From an uncultured Clostridia bacterium (lineage in GTDB: Bacteria > Bacillota > Clostridia > Christensenellales > CAG-314): a stretch of DNA of 64,000 bases. How positions within the stretch are numbered: position 1 is the first letter of the stretch; each line of letters begins with the position of its first letter. The notes beneath the pieces were generated by a model. That model saw nothing but the letters and a program-made list of their open reading frames with translations, was not told the origin of the DNA and ran no database searches. Of the stretch, positions 56,180-64,000 are shown piece after piece. The stretch covers positions 3,159 to 67,158 of the forward strand of contig CANQPI010000008.1 in NCBI GenBank assembly GCA_947625725.1, written 5' to 3'. Position numbers and translations under genes: made by a program.

Positions 56180-58454
56180 CGCTGTCGTCGGGAGTTGTAT
56201 TGTTGACGGTCGCGCCGAAAAACCGTTGATGAACGGCGTTTTCTTCTTGCAAAAACCTGCACAAATTGGTCGTCCGCGCCGCAATGTAGTTGTTGTGTAC
56301 CATCAAAGCGAGTATCTTTTTGTTGCCCACAAGCACCACCGCGCGCTTGGCTCTGGTAATTGCCGTGTACAACAAATTTTTGTTGATGATAGTGGGCGGA
56401 CCGTTTAGCAACGGCATTACCACCACTTCGAACTCGCTGCCTTGACTTTTGTGAATGGTAATGGCGTACGCCAACTGCAAATCGGTCAACTCCTGCTCGG
56501 TGTAGGTGGCAAGGCGGTTGTCGTCGAAAAGTACTTCGATTATCCCGTTGGCGCGATCGATACGCCGAACAATGCCTATATCGCCGTTGAACACTCCCAC
56601 TCCGTCGCTCAAATTGCCTTGCGCGTCAAAGCGCACAAAGGGCAACTCGTAGTTATTGACGGTTTGCATTACCCGATCTCCCTCGCGCAGAGTCATTTTA
56701 CCCACGTAAAGTTCCGACTTGCCGAACTCGCGGGGATTGAGCGCCTGTTGAAGTTTGATATTAAGATTTTCAACGCCCGCCACGCCGTTTTTCAATGCTC
56801 CCAATACCTGAATCTCCGACGGCGGCAACTGCGTAAATTTGGGCAAACGCGTAGTTACAAGTTCCACCACGGTATCCGCAACCTGCTGAAAATCCGTGCA
56901 ACTCATAACAAAAAAGTCGCGACTGCGGTTGTTGATCTCGGGCATTTTGCCCTTGTTGATGAGGTGGGCGTTGCTGACGATAAGGCTATCCTCCGACTGG
57001 CGGTAGATATGCGTGAGATAGCGAATTTCTATCACGCCGCTACGAATGATGTCCGCGAGAACGTTGCCCGCGCCCACGCTGGGAAGTTGATCCTTGTCGC
57101 CGACAAGCACCAAACGAGTGCCGTTTTCCAACGCGGCGAGCAAACTGTACATAACGGATACGTCCACCATGCTAAGTTCGTCAACAATGACCGCGTCGCA
57201 CGGCAACGTGTTCATTCGGTTATATTTGAAAGCGGGCTTGTCGCCGTGCATTTCGAATCCCAACAGACGGTGGATGGTTTTGGCGTCGCGCCCCGTAGAT
57301 TGCGAAAGGCGCTTTGCCGCCCTGCCCGTAGGCGCGCAGAACTCCACGCGCAGACCGTGAGCGGTCAAAATTTCCGCAATGCACTTGATAATGGTAGTTT
57401 TGCCCGTACCCGGTCCTCCCGTAATGACCGTAACGCCGTTTACTATCGCCGAGCGCACCGCGCCGAGTTGACCGGCGTGAAAATCGATTTTGTGAACGCG
57501 CTCGAATTGCTCTATCATCGAATCCGCGTCCATCATAACGCGTTTTGCGTCGTGGTTCAGCGTGACTAAACGTCCCGCTATGGATTTTTCCAATTTGTAA
57601 TACCGCACAAGGGATATGCACCGCTGTCCCTCGACGTCGAAAGTTTTGACGGCGGGCTCCAATACCAATTTGGTGACGGTGTCCTCCACGAGTTGACCGT
57701 GCAATTCCAGATCCACACCCAACAGTTCCGAACACGCCTTCATCAAATCGTCGAACACAAGGTAAGTGTTGCCTTGTTTTTCGGCGGATTCTTTCAGTTC
57801 GTAAACGATCGCCGCGCGAACGCGAAACTCGCTTATTTGTTCGACGCCCATACTTTGAGCGATCTTGTCCGCAGTCAAAAAGCCCACCCCGTCCACGTCG
57901 TCTATCAAACGGTAGGGATTTGCCAACACCAACGACTTGGTTTGCTCCTTGTAGATATTGTAAATTTTGACAGCAAGATTGACGGTCATACCGTAACTTT
58001 GCAAAAACATGATCTGTTCCTGCATCGCTTTGAGGGACGCGACGGCATTGGCTATATCCATCGCTTTTTTTTGCGAAATGCCCTTGACGTTGGCAAGTTG
58101 CATGGGGTTGTTTTCTATCACGCCGAATGTGTCGTCGCCGAACATTTTGTAGATGTTGTTTGCGGTAACTTCGCCCACGCCCTTTATCAATCCGCTACTT
58201 AAATACTTGATTATCCCCTGCCGCGAGGTGGGGTCGCACACAGTGTAACTTTCTATCGCAAGTTGCTCTCCGTAGGTTTTGTGTACCGACGTTTTGCCCT
58301 TGACGTTGAGTACGGCACCCACCGCAAGCGTGGGAAAATTGCCGACGCAGGTGACGTCGTCACCGTCGGTAGTTTCCAAACTCAATACGGTATAGCCGTT
58401 ATCCTCGTTTCGGTAAATGATAGCCGAAACGGTACCCTTGACGGAAAGTTCCAC
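56172..58454 (-). CDS. recD2: SF1B ATP-dependent RecD-like DNA helicase
   Basis: 760 aa. N-terminal OB/HhH region, Walker A GGPGTGKTT, Walker B VIVDELSMVD, and C-terminal YAITIHKSQGSEF. GTG start after TAGGAG. Confidence 0.9.
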   Translation of the reverse strand: MELSVKGTVSAIIYRNEDNGYTVLSLETTDGDDVTCVGNFPTLAVGAVLNVKGKTSVHKTYGEQLAIESYTVCDPTSRQGIIKYLSSGLIKGVGEVTANNIYKMFGDDTFGVIENNPMQLANVKGISQKKAMDIANAVASLKAMQEQIMFLQSYGMTVNLAVKIYNIYKEQTKSLVLANPYRLIDDVDGVGFLTADKIAQSMGVEQISEFRVRAAIVYELKESAEKQGNTYLVFDDLMKACSELLGVDLELHGQLVEDTVTKLVLEPAVKTFDVEGQRCISLVRYYKLEKSIAGRLVTLNHDAKRVMMDADSMIEQFERVHKIDFHAGQLGAVRSAIVNGVTVITGGPGTGKTTIIKCIAEILTAHGLRVEFCAPTGRAAKRLSQSTGRDAKTIHRLLGFEMHGDKPAFKYNRMNTLPCDAVIVDELSMVDVSVMYSLLAALENGTRLVLVGDKDQLPSVGAGNVLADIIRSGVIEIRYLTHIYRQSEDSLIVSNAHLINKGKMPEINNRSRDFFVMSCTDFQQVADTVVELVTTRLPKFTQLPPSEIQVLGALKNGVAGVENLNIKLQQALNPREFGKSELYVGKMTLREGDRVMQTVNNYELPFVRFDAQGNLSDGVGVFNGDIGIVRRIDRANGIIEVLFDDNRLATYTEQELTDLQLAYAITIHKSQGSEFEVVVMPLLNGPPTIINKNLLYTAITRAKRAVVLVGNKKILALMVHNNYIAARTTNLCRFLQEENAVHQRFFGATVNNTTPDDSDD

Positions 58455-58463
58455 GTTTTGCTC

Positions 58464-59648
58464 CTAGTTGAGATATTTTTTGAGGTCGTCCGCTTTGTCT
58501 GTTTTTTCCCAAGCGAAGCCCTCTCTGCCAAAGTGACCGTAACTTGCCGTGGCTTTGTAAACGGGTTTTTGCAAATCGAACAGATTGATGATGGCGCGCG
58601 GACGGAGATCGAACTCCTCGCCTATGATCTCCGACAAAACCGTGTCGGAAATTTTGCCCGTGCCGTAGGTGTTTACGTCGATACTGACGGGTTTGCTACG
58701 CCCGATAGCGTAACTGACTTGCAATTGAATTTTGTCCGCAAGCCCCGCCGCAACGACGTTTTTGCAGATATATCGCGCCATGTATGCCGCCGAACGGTCT
58801 ACCTTGGTGGCGTCCTTGCCGGAAAAAGCCCCTCCGCCGTGAGCGCAGTAACCGCCGTAGGTGTCTACAATGATCTTGCGACCCGTCAAACCGCTGTCCG
58901 CAGCCGGTCCGCCGATCTCGAACCTGCCCGTGGGATTGATGTAGTACTTGGTTTGATCGTCCAACAGTTCCAACGGCACGACTTTGCGAATAACGTGTTC
59001 GATCATATCGTGCGCAATGGTCGCGCTGTCCACTTCGGAGCCGTGCTGCGTGGACAAAACGATGGTATCCACACGACAAGGCTTGCCTTGCTCGTCGTAC
59101 TCCACCGTTACTTGGCACTTGCCGTCGGGGCGAAGATAATCGACAACGCCCTCCTTGCGCACTTGCGCCAGACGTTGACTGATACGTTGCGCAAGAGTGA
59201 TAGCCATGGGCATGTACTCGGGCGTTTCGTTGCAGGCGTAACCGAACATCATGCCCTGGTCGCCCGCGCCGTACATATCCAAAATTTCACCGCGATCGCG
59301 ATACTCGTCGGAGTGATCGACGCCGAGCGCGATATCGGGAGATTGTTTGTCGAGAGAGATTATCACGCCACAACTGTCGGCGTCAAACCCGTACTTGGCG
59401 CGAGTGTAACCTATTTCGCGCACGGTATCGCGCACGATCTTGGCATAGTCTACGATCGCGGTCGTGGTGATCTGCCCCATGACGAAAACCGTTCCCGTGC
59501 AGACGACCGTTTCGCATGCGACGCGCGCGTCGGGATCTTGTTCGAGAATGGCGTCCAAAATGGCGTCGGAAATTTGGTCGCACATTTTGTCGGGATGCCC
59601 TTCCGTCACGCTCTCGGAAGTAAAAAATCTGTGTTTGCTGTTCTTCAT
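58464..59648 (-). CDS. metK: S-adenosylmethionine synthase
   Basis: 394 aa. [25 protein letters not shown] and GGGAFSGKD. Confidence 0.97.
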   Translation of the reverse strand: MKNSKHRFFTSESVTEGHPDKMCDQISDAILDAILEQDPDARVACETVVCTGTVFVMGQITTTAIVDYAKIVRDTVREIGYTRAKYGFDADSCGVIISLDKQSPDIALGVDHSDEYRDRGEILDMYGAGDQGMMFGYACNETPEYMPMAITLAQRISQRLAQVRKEGVVDYLRPDGKCQVTVEYDEQGKPCRVDTIVLSTQHGSEVDSATIAHDMIEHVIRKVVPLELLDDQTKYYINPTGRFEIGGPAADSGLTGRKIIVDTYGGYCAHGGGAFSGKDATKVDRSAAYMARYICKNVVAAGLADKIQLQVSYAIGRSKPVSIDVNTYGTGKISDTVLSEIIGEEFDLRPRAIINLFDLQKPVYKATASYGHFGREGFAWEKTDKADDLKKYLN

Positions 59649-59680
59649 AAGTTCTCCTTTGCCCTATCGCACTTTTGCTG

Positions 59681-59836
59681 AAAAAAGCGTCCTGCCAAGT
59701 GACAAGACGCGCAAAACAGCCCTTTCGCGGTCCCATCTTTCGACTTGCGTCGCGGAATTTAGCACCTAACTGCAAAAATTTTTAGGTTGCTGTGACTTCG
59801 TCGAGTCCGTCTCTCCGTCACTCTCGATAGGTTAGT
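59681..59836 (-). promoter_or_regulatory. SAM-I (S-box) riboswitch with terminator
   Basis: Minus strand CUAUCGAGAGUGACGGAGAGACGGACUCGACGAAGUCACAGCAACC...GGUGCUAAAUUCCGCGAC...GAAAGAUGGGA matches the S-box consensus. The terminator is GCGUCUUGUC-ACU-UGGCAGGACGC plus U6. Confidence 0.85.
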
Positions 59837-59839
59837 AAC

Positions 59840-59868
59840 ATTGTACCACCGCGCGCACGCGTTGTCAA
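59840..59868 (-). promoter_or_regulatory. sigma-A promoter of the S-box/metK unit
   Basis: Minus strand TTGACA, 17-nt spacer, TACAAT. Confidence 0.65.
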
Positions 59869-59898
59869 GAATATAAACAAATACGCCGCGTATAAATA

Positions 59899-59929
59899 CA
59901 AAAAATGCCGCCCTCAATTATGAGAGCGG
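59899..59929 (-). terminator. Rho-independent terminator of the WYL/nuclease-like/glycosylase operon
   Basis: Minus strand CCGCUCUCA-UAAU-UGAGGGCGG (9 bp, one G.U) followed by CAUUUUUU. Confidence 0.6.
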
Positions 59930-60000
59930 ACATTTGTATGCGAAACACTATTTGTTTCCAACTACCGAACCGATTTTACGAATGTGTGCGATACGTAATC

Positions 60001-60798
60001 TCAAATACGCGAGGGGCAGTTGTTCACAAGGCATTGACCGCACTTGGCGTTTGCTCCGCAAATGTTAATCGGGCCTTCGGCGCAGAAATTCCACAAAATC
60101 GCGTCCAACTCGGCGTCGCCGATGTTCAACGTCACCGCGATTTGGTGCGCGATACGAATTACATCGACTTTTTCCGCGTCATTAAACCCACCGTTCAATT
60201 TTGTCGCTGTAACTTTGCCTAATTTGACTATTCCCAAGCGATAAAACAAGCGGCAAATATGTACGTCCGGTTTGACGACGTTTACGCCGACATTTTTCAA
60301 ATATTCGCAGGCAATGGCAATACCGACAGAGTTGAGTTTGTGACCGCCTATCGCCAACTCCTTTACCAAACCCTCTACGTTGTTCGGTAAAAATTGGTTG
60401 TAGTAATCGTCTATGCTGCCGTGTTCTTTTTCAATTTGTTCCAATGTTTCCACGTTTGCCGCAAGTCCGTTCATTTGCGCGTTTGTACTTTGACCGGCGC
60501 ATTTGATTTTTTTCATTTGATCGACAAAGTATTGAGCCGACGTGTTCTTGATTTTTTGCGGATCGTAGTGAAAGAAAATTTCGTCTATTTGGGGCAGCGC
60601 GGGTGCAATTTTCGTGTTCCAAGCGACGCGTGCGCTGATTATCGCATAGACCAACGCGCGGATATGCTCTTGCAGACTAAACTTGCCGCCGCCGACGCGT
60701 TTCAAAATGTTCGGTTCTACGTTCCGACGGTAGTCGTCCAGATAATTGACGCCCGTAGCGTTCATTGTCGTGATGATGTTTTGAATTTGTTGATACAT
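60001..60798 (-). CDS. HhH-GPD superfamily DNA glycosylase with Fe-S cluster loop (EndoIII/MutY-like, no catalytic Lys)
   Basis: 265 aa. LNSVGIAIACEYLKNVGVNVVKPDVHICRLFYRLG aligns with the E. coli Nth segment [35 protein letters not shown]. The Asp is kept and the Lys is replaced. The C-terminus is C-X5-C-X2-C-X4-C (ICGANAKCGQCLVNNC). SD AAAGGAG. Confidence 0.78.
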   Translation of the reverse strand: MYQQIQNIITTMNATGVNYLDDYRRNVEPNILKRVGGGKFSLQEHIRALVYAIISARVAWNTKIAPALPQIDEIFFHYDPQKIKNTSAQYFVDQMKKIKCAGQSTNAQMNGLAANVETLEQIEKEHGSIDDYYNQFLPNNVEGLVKELAIGGHKLNSVGIAIACEYLKNVGVNVVKPDVHICRLFYRLGIVKLGKVTATKLNGGFNDAEKVDVIRIAHQIAVTLNIGDAELDAILWNFCAEGPINICGANAKCGQCLVNNCPSRI

Positions 60799-60819
60799 GT
60801 TTTTTCTCCTTTTGTTTTT

Positions 60820-62292
60820 TTATTTCTCCGAGATTTCTCGGTAGATTTCTCTGAGTTTTTGCAAAACGTCGTCCATCGTTATGCCCGTAGAATCGCCGAA
60901 CAAAGCGCAGACAAATGACGCCCACGAAAAATCGTCGCGCATTGCGGGCAGTACAATATCGCCTTTTTCAAGATACCTTTTGATGTCTATCGCATGTTCG
61001 CAGATACAACACGTTTCCAAACAGTCGTCGTACACATCCGAAATATCACGCATTGCTTCAAACATTTCGTGCCCATCGTACACCACCACGTCGTAATCGT
61101 CTTCGCCGCAATTCTGCTTTTCCCAAATTGTCGTTATCATTTTATTGGCGACATCTCGCGGCGTATCGGTATCGGACGAACAACAACGCTCTACGGGGAA
61201 GTCGGGGCTGTCGGGCATGTAACGCGCGTACTCAAAGAACGTCGGCTCAGACAACTCTCCACAGTACGTATCCGCGCAAACAACGCCCTTTTGCGTTTGC
61301 AACGTAAGCACGTACGTGGGGGCGTAAAATTTGAACAGCGACTTTACCGAGTCGGCATTTATCAAAATATCTCTGTTTTCGCGTTGGGCTTTGATTTGCA
61401 TCAGATTGCACTTGCTCAACTTTGCGTCGCTCATCAAAACTTGATCGTACGTCGTTACACCCTCATTGTACAAACGCCACTTGTCGTGAAAATTGTACAG
61501 ATTCAAAACGGAATCGGCGGGAAGTCTTGCGCTGCAAGTTTTCCAACGAGGACAATGCTCGCAATGTTTGCCATAGTTAGGCAACGGCTCAAAAGCGTCT
61601 TCCAACACTTCGCACGCAGCAGCGATCTTGGGGGCAAAATAATTTTCCAACTCGTCTTGGTCAAAGGATTTGTCCAACAAATTATCCGTCCATTGCACGC
61701 GGTTGCCAACGACCCGCTTTTCGTCGTTTCCCATGCGGGAGCAACATATTTTTGCCTCTTTGACATCAACGCCGTTTAGCCGCAACAAATACACTTGCGC
61801 TTTGAGGTTGTCCATGTTTTCGGCAATGGCTTGCTCTTGCTGCAATGGGCTGACAAGATACACGCACACTGAGTTATCCGACCTTACAAGCAACGCGTCC
61901 ACCACACAGTAGAGGTGTTTTTCGTAACTTCCCCAAACACTATTGAGCATATATTTCAACGACGGCAATTTGCGATTTAAAAAATTGTTAAAGTACGTTT
62001 TCGTTTCCAATACGGCGTCTTCCACATTTAGCAACCGCACGCCCAAAGCGTTGTATTCCAAATGCGCTTGAAAAATTTTTCCGGACGAACCTATCACAAA
62101 CTTTTTGAATTCTGCCGTTTCATCTCTCATGCGCGCAATTTCTTTGTAGATGGCGTCATTGTCCGCTTTTGCCGGGATGTCTACTACCGGAATATTCTTG
62201 TAATCCAAAAATGCTTTTAATTGACAAGCGTCGAAATCTTTAAGCGTTTCGGCGTTGAGCATTATGTGTTTTTTGGATATTCTTTCGTTCAT
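60820..62292 (-). CDS. DUF2779-like protein: Cas4/RecB-type PD-(D/E)xK fold with a 4-Cys cluster plus a C-terminal RNase-H-like domain
   Basis: 490 aa. An N-terminal Cys (DACQLKAFL) plus CEHCPRWKTC gives a C...CxxCx5C pattern. A QxxxY motif is present (KAQVYLL). The C-terminal blocks YAPTYVLTLQTQ, DTPRDVANKMI and VVVYDGHEMFEAM parallel DUF2779 blocks (LDFET, DPR, YnxxFE) as I recall them. Confidence 0.65.
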   Translation of the reverse strand: MNERISKKHIMLNAETLKDFDACQLKAFLDYKNIPVVDIPAKADNDAIYKEIARMRDETAEFKKFVIGSSGKIFQAHLEYNALGVRLLNVEDAVLETKTYFNNFLNRKLPSLKYMLNSVWGSYEKHLYCVVDALLVRSDNSVCVYLVSPLQQEQAIAENMDNLKAQVYLLRLNGVDVKEAKICCSRMGNDEKRVVGNRVQWTDNLLDKSFDQDELENYFAPKIAAACEVLEDAFEPLPNYGKHCEHCPRWKTCSARLPADSVLNLYNFHDKWRLYNEGVTTYDQVLMSDAKLSKCNLMQIKAQRENRDILINADSVKSLFKFYAPTYVLTLQTQKGVVCADTYCGELSEPTFFEYARYMPDSPDFPVERCCSSDTDTPRDVANKMITTIWEKQNCGEDDYDVVVYDGHEMFEAMRDISDVYDDCLETCCICEHAIDIKRYLEKGDIVLPAMRDDFSWASFVCALFGDSTGITMDDVLQKLREIYREISEK

Positions 62293-62337
62293 TGTTTTTC
62301 TCCTTTTTCTTCGTTTTTGCTTATATGGGGTTAAAAA

Positions 62338-63372
62338 TTATTTGTAGCAGTCCATTATCTTTTGCAACCAATCGAGATATTTCTGCCGTGTGGATTTGTC
62401 CAAAATTTTGATATGATTGCCGTACCCTGCGCACCACCCCCAAAAGACGTCGCTGAGATACACTTCTGCGGTGTATGTGTATTCGCCCGTTGCGGCGTTG
62501 AGCACGCAGTTGATCTCGCCGAATTTTTCCACCACCTCGGGGTGATAGACTTGGGGCAAACTGAAACGTATTTTATCCAATGCGCCGTTGCCGCCCCACA
62601 TGGAAAATCTCATCAACTGCTTCACTTCTTCTGCGCTCGGCGGCGCGACACTGATTGGGACACGTTTTTTTTCTATAACTATATCCGTCATTTTGTCCAC
62701 GCGTACCGAATAAATTTGTCCAACGGAATTGCGCAAGCACAAATAGTAGTACCCGTTGTTGAATATAAGTTCCAAGGGATTTCGGTTTTTGCAAGGGCGC
62801 GCAACGTAAACGCCGTCACTGTACGTAAAGTAGCCGTATGAAATTTGCCTGCGTTCCGCCAAGGCACGATCCAAAACCTCGACATTGTCCAGCGCGCCGT
62901 TGCCCGTAGACTTGTTGTAACTCAACCCCGGAACTTCTTTGCTCCAAAAATCGTGCAATTTCTCGTCGTAGACCGAAACTATCGCGTTTACCGTTCGCGA
63001 CGTCTGTTCCTTGGTGAAACAGGGTGCCGCCTTGACTGCGTCTATCAAAAATCGCGTCTGAGCACGCGTAAGAGGACGTTCGTCAATGTAATATGCGCTC
63101 ATTTTGCCCAAACGGCATTTGTTCATTACGCGTCGCTCTCCGTCGGCACCGTTGAGTACAAACGCCAGCGCATCTGCCGCGGCATAAACCGCACGACGTT
63201 GACAGTTGAGTGCCGCAATGAGTTCTTGGGTAGTAACAGGATGTTCGACGTCGGAATGTACTTTGAGGTAGCGATACAGCAACAGTACTCGCGAGCGTTC
63301 GAGATAATTTGCTTTTTCTGCGGGATCTAACTCTATACCACTGTTTGTTGATTGTGTATCCGCTTTTGTCAT
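62338..63372 (-). CDS. WYL-domain transcriptional regulator (wHTH + WYL + C-terminal WCX-like domain)
   Basis: 344 aa from the internal ATG at 63372 (MTKADTQ). wHTH RVLLLYRYLKVHSDVEHPVTTQELIAALNCQRRAVY. Linker LTRAQTRFLIDAVKAAPCFT. WYL core ISYGYFTYSDG...NPLELIFNNGYYYLCLRN...IYSVRVDKMTDI. Confidence 0.8.
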   Translation of the reverse strand: MTKADTQSTNSGIELDPAEKANYLERSRVLLLYRYLKVHSDVEHPVTTQELIAALNCQRRAVYAAADALAFVLNGADGERRVMNKCRLGKMSAYYIDERPLTRAQTRFLIDAVKAAPCFTKEQTSRTVNAIVSVYDEKLHDFWSKEVPGLSYNKSTGNGALDNVEVLDRALAERRQISYGYFTYSDGVYVARPCKNRNPLELIFNNGYYYLCLRNSVGQIYSVRVDKMTDIVIEKKRVPISVAPPSAEEVKQLMRFSMWGGNGALDKIRFSLPQVYHPEVVEKFGEINCVLNAATGEYTYTAEVYLSDVFWGWCAGYGNHIKILDKSTRQKYLDWLQKIMDCYK

Positions 63373-63393
63373 CTCACTTTTCCTCTCGATTAT

Positions 63394-63422
63394 ATGATAT
63401 ATCAATTGCTTAACAAAGTCAA
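63394..63422 (-). promoter_or_regulatory. sigma-A type promoter of the WYL operon
   Basis: Minus strand TTGACT, 17-nt spacer, TATCAT. The 10-bp palindrome TGATATATCA (63395-63404) overlaps the -10. Confidence 0.5.
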
Positions 63423-63581
63423 TACAAATTTGAAAAATTATTTTTGCTAAATGTGCGTTGCGGTACTTTATTAGGTACAGCAAACGCCGTTTTGCGACAG
63501 ACAAGTGTTTTTCAAAAGAATTGCACTATCGCGCGCGGGCAAACAAATTGCGTTACTGCAAACAAAACAGGGCAAAAGTTG

Positions 63582-63610
63582 TTGACAATATTCGTTTTAT
63601 TTGCTACAAT
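63582..63610 (+). promoter_or_regulatory. sigma-A promoter of the tRNA operon
   Basis: TTGACA, 17-nt spacer, TACAAT, about 36 nt upstream of the first tRNA. Confidence 0.65.
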
Positions 63611-63646
63611 AAATAGGCTTTTTACAGCAGTGAGTAGAAGCAACAT

Positions 63647-63723
63647 GGCGGCGTAGCTTAGTTGGTTATAGCGGCCGGTTCATACCCGGCAGGTCGTTGG
63701 TTCGAATCCGACCGCCGCTACCA
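63647..63723 (+). tRNA. tRNA-Met (anticodon CAU; elongator-like, tRNA-Ile2 not excluded)
   Basis: Cloverleaf GGCGGCG...GCCGG-UUCAUAC-CCGGC...GGUUCGAAUCC...CGCCGCUACCA. It lacks the three G-C pairs of initiator anticodon stems. CCA is encoded. Confidence 0.88.
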
Positions 63724-63730
63724 CAAATAT

Positions 63731-63806
63731 GGCTCCTTGGTCAAGCGGTCTAAGACATCGCCCTTTCACGGCGGTAACACGAGTTCGATTCTCGTAGGAG
63801 TCACCA
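63731..63806 (+). tRNA. tRNA-Glu (anticodon UUC)
   Basis: GGCUCCU...CGCC-CUUUCAC-GGCG...GAGUUCGAUUCUC...AGGAGUCACCA. Confidence 0.9.
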
Positions 63807-63808
63807 AT

Positions 63809-63884
63809 GGGGAGTTAGCTCAGTTGGGAGAGCATCTGCCTTACAAGCAGGGGGTCACAGGTTCGAGCCCTGTACTCCCCACCA
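63809..63884 (+). tRNA. tRNA-Val (anticodon UAC)
   Basis: GGGGAGU UAGCUCAGUUGGGAGAGC...CUGC-CUUACAA-GCAG...GGUUCGAGCCCUGU ACUCCCCACCA. Confidence 0.9.
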
Positions 63885-63943
63885 GATTGAGCGGCTGCGT
63901 TATTTAGTTTCGGCGTTCGCCGAAGGCATAGGTGCAAGCGCAA

Positions 63944-63974
63944 CAAAGAGTCCACGCAAGGTGAACTCTTTTTT
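63944..63974 (+). terminator. Rho-independent terminator after the tRNA operon
   Basis: AAGAGUCCAC-GCAA-GGUGAACUCUU, then a T-run. Confidence 0.55.
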
Positions 63975-64000
63975 CATCGTCGCATGTCTTTCGTCTTCAA

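Noticed and set aside
59899-63884. Interpreting the WYL operon as part of a tRNA-integrated genomic island or prophage.
   Set aside because: The operon lies upstream of the tRNA operon promoter, not at a tRNA 3' end. I saw no integrase, recombinase or att-like direct repeat of the tRNA 3' ends. Low GC suggests horizontal origin, but the insertion mechanism is not visible.
1-64000. CRISPR arrays, IS elements, rRNA genes and toxin-antitoxin pairs.
   Set aside because: I found no regularly spaced direct repeats, no transposase-like or integrase-like ORFs, no rRNA-like sequence and no small adjacent two-gene TA-like cassettes while reading the window. This scan was by eye only.

Overview
The window looks like a Gram-positive (Firmicutes/Clostridia-like) chromosome segment of moderately high GC. 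This is suggested by WhiA, RecD2-ComFC, an S-box upstream of metK, a CIRCE operator, and many lipobox lipoproteins. Most genes lie on the minus strand and are core housekeeping: dnaE, whiA, murB, proS, cls, prfB, secA, comFC, recD2 and metK. They are interspersed with transporters: a MacB-type ABC with two FtsX permeases, a heterodimeric ABC exporter pair, an MFS, a giant RND and an MscS. There is also an extracytosolic flavinylation cluster (ApbE-NusG_II fusion, Gx transporter, FMN-binding lipoprotein) and a Met-Glu-Val tRNA operon at the 3' end. RNA regulators readable from the sequence are a cobalamin riboswitch (about 30750-30966, minus strand), a SAM-I riboswitch upstream of metK (about 59681-59836, minus strand) and a CIRCE operator on hsp20. 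I saw no CRISPR array, transposase or integrase. The best candidate for an undescribed system is a low-GC, self-contained three-gene operon at 59.9-63.4 kb with its own promoter and terminator. It encodes a WYL-domain regulator, a DUF2779/Cas4-like Fe-S nuclease-fold protein whose catalytic motifs look degenerate, and a lysine-less HhH-GPD Fe-S DNA glycosylase. This could be a DNA-surveillance or defence module. Four further observations deserve a second look. (1) A promoter plus a structured leader of about 200 nt is duplicated, once ahead of proS and once ahead of an inserted DUF559 endonuclease-fold gene, and I could not assign it to a known riboswitch class. (2) A 260-nt GC-rich multi-hairpin stretch sits in a 470-nt convergent intergenic gap (21.07-21.33 kb). 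(3) A low-GC island encodes a 934-aa zinc-ribbon polytopic membrane protein divergent from an XRE regulator, with a perfect 20-bp palindrome between them. (4) An orphan RND pump of about 1386 aa carries an insertion of about 330 aa. All functional calls rest on my reading of motifs in the supplied translations. No database search was run.
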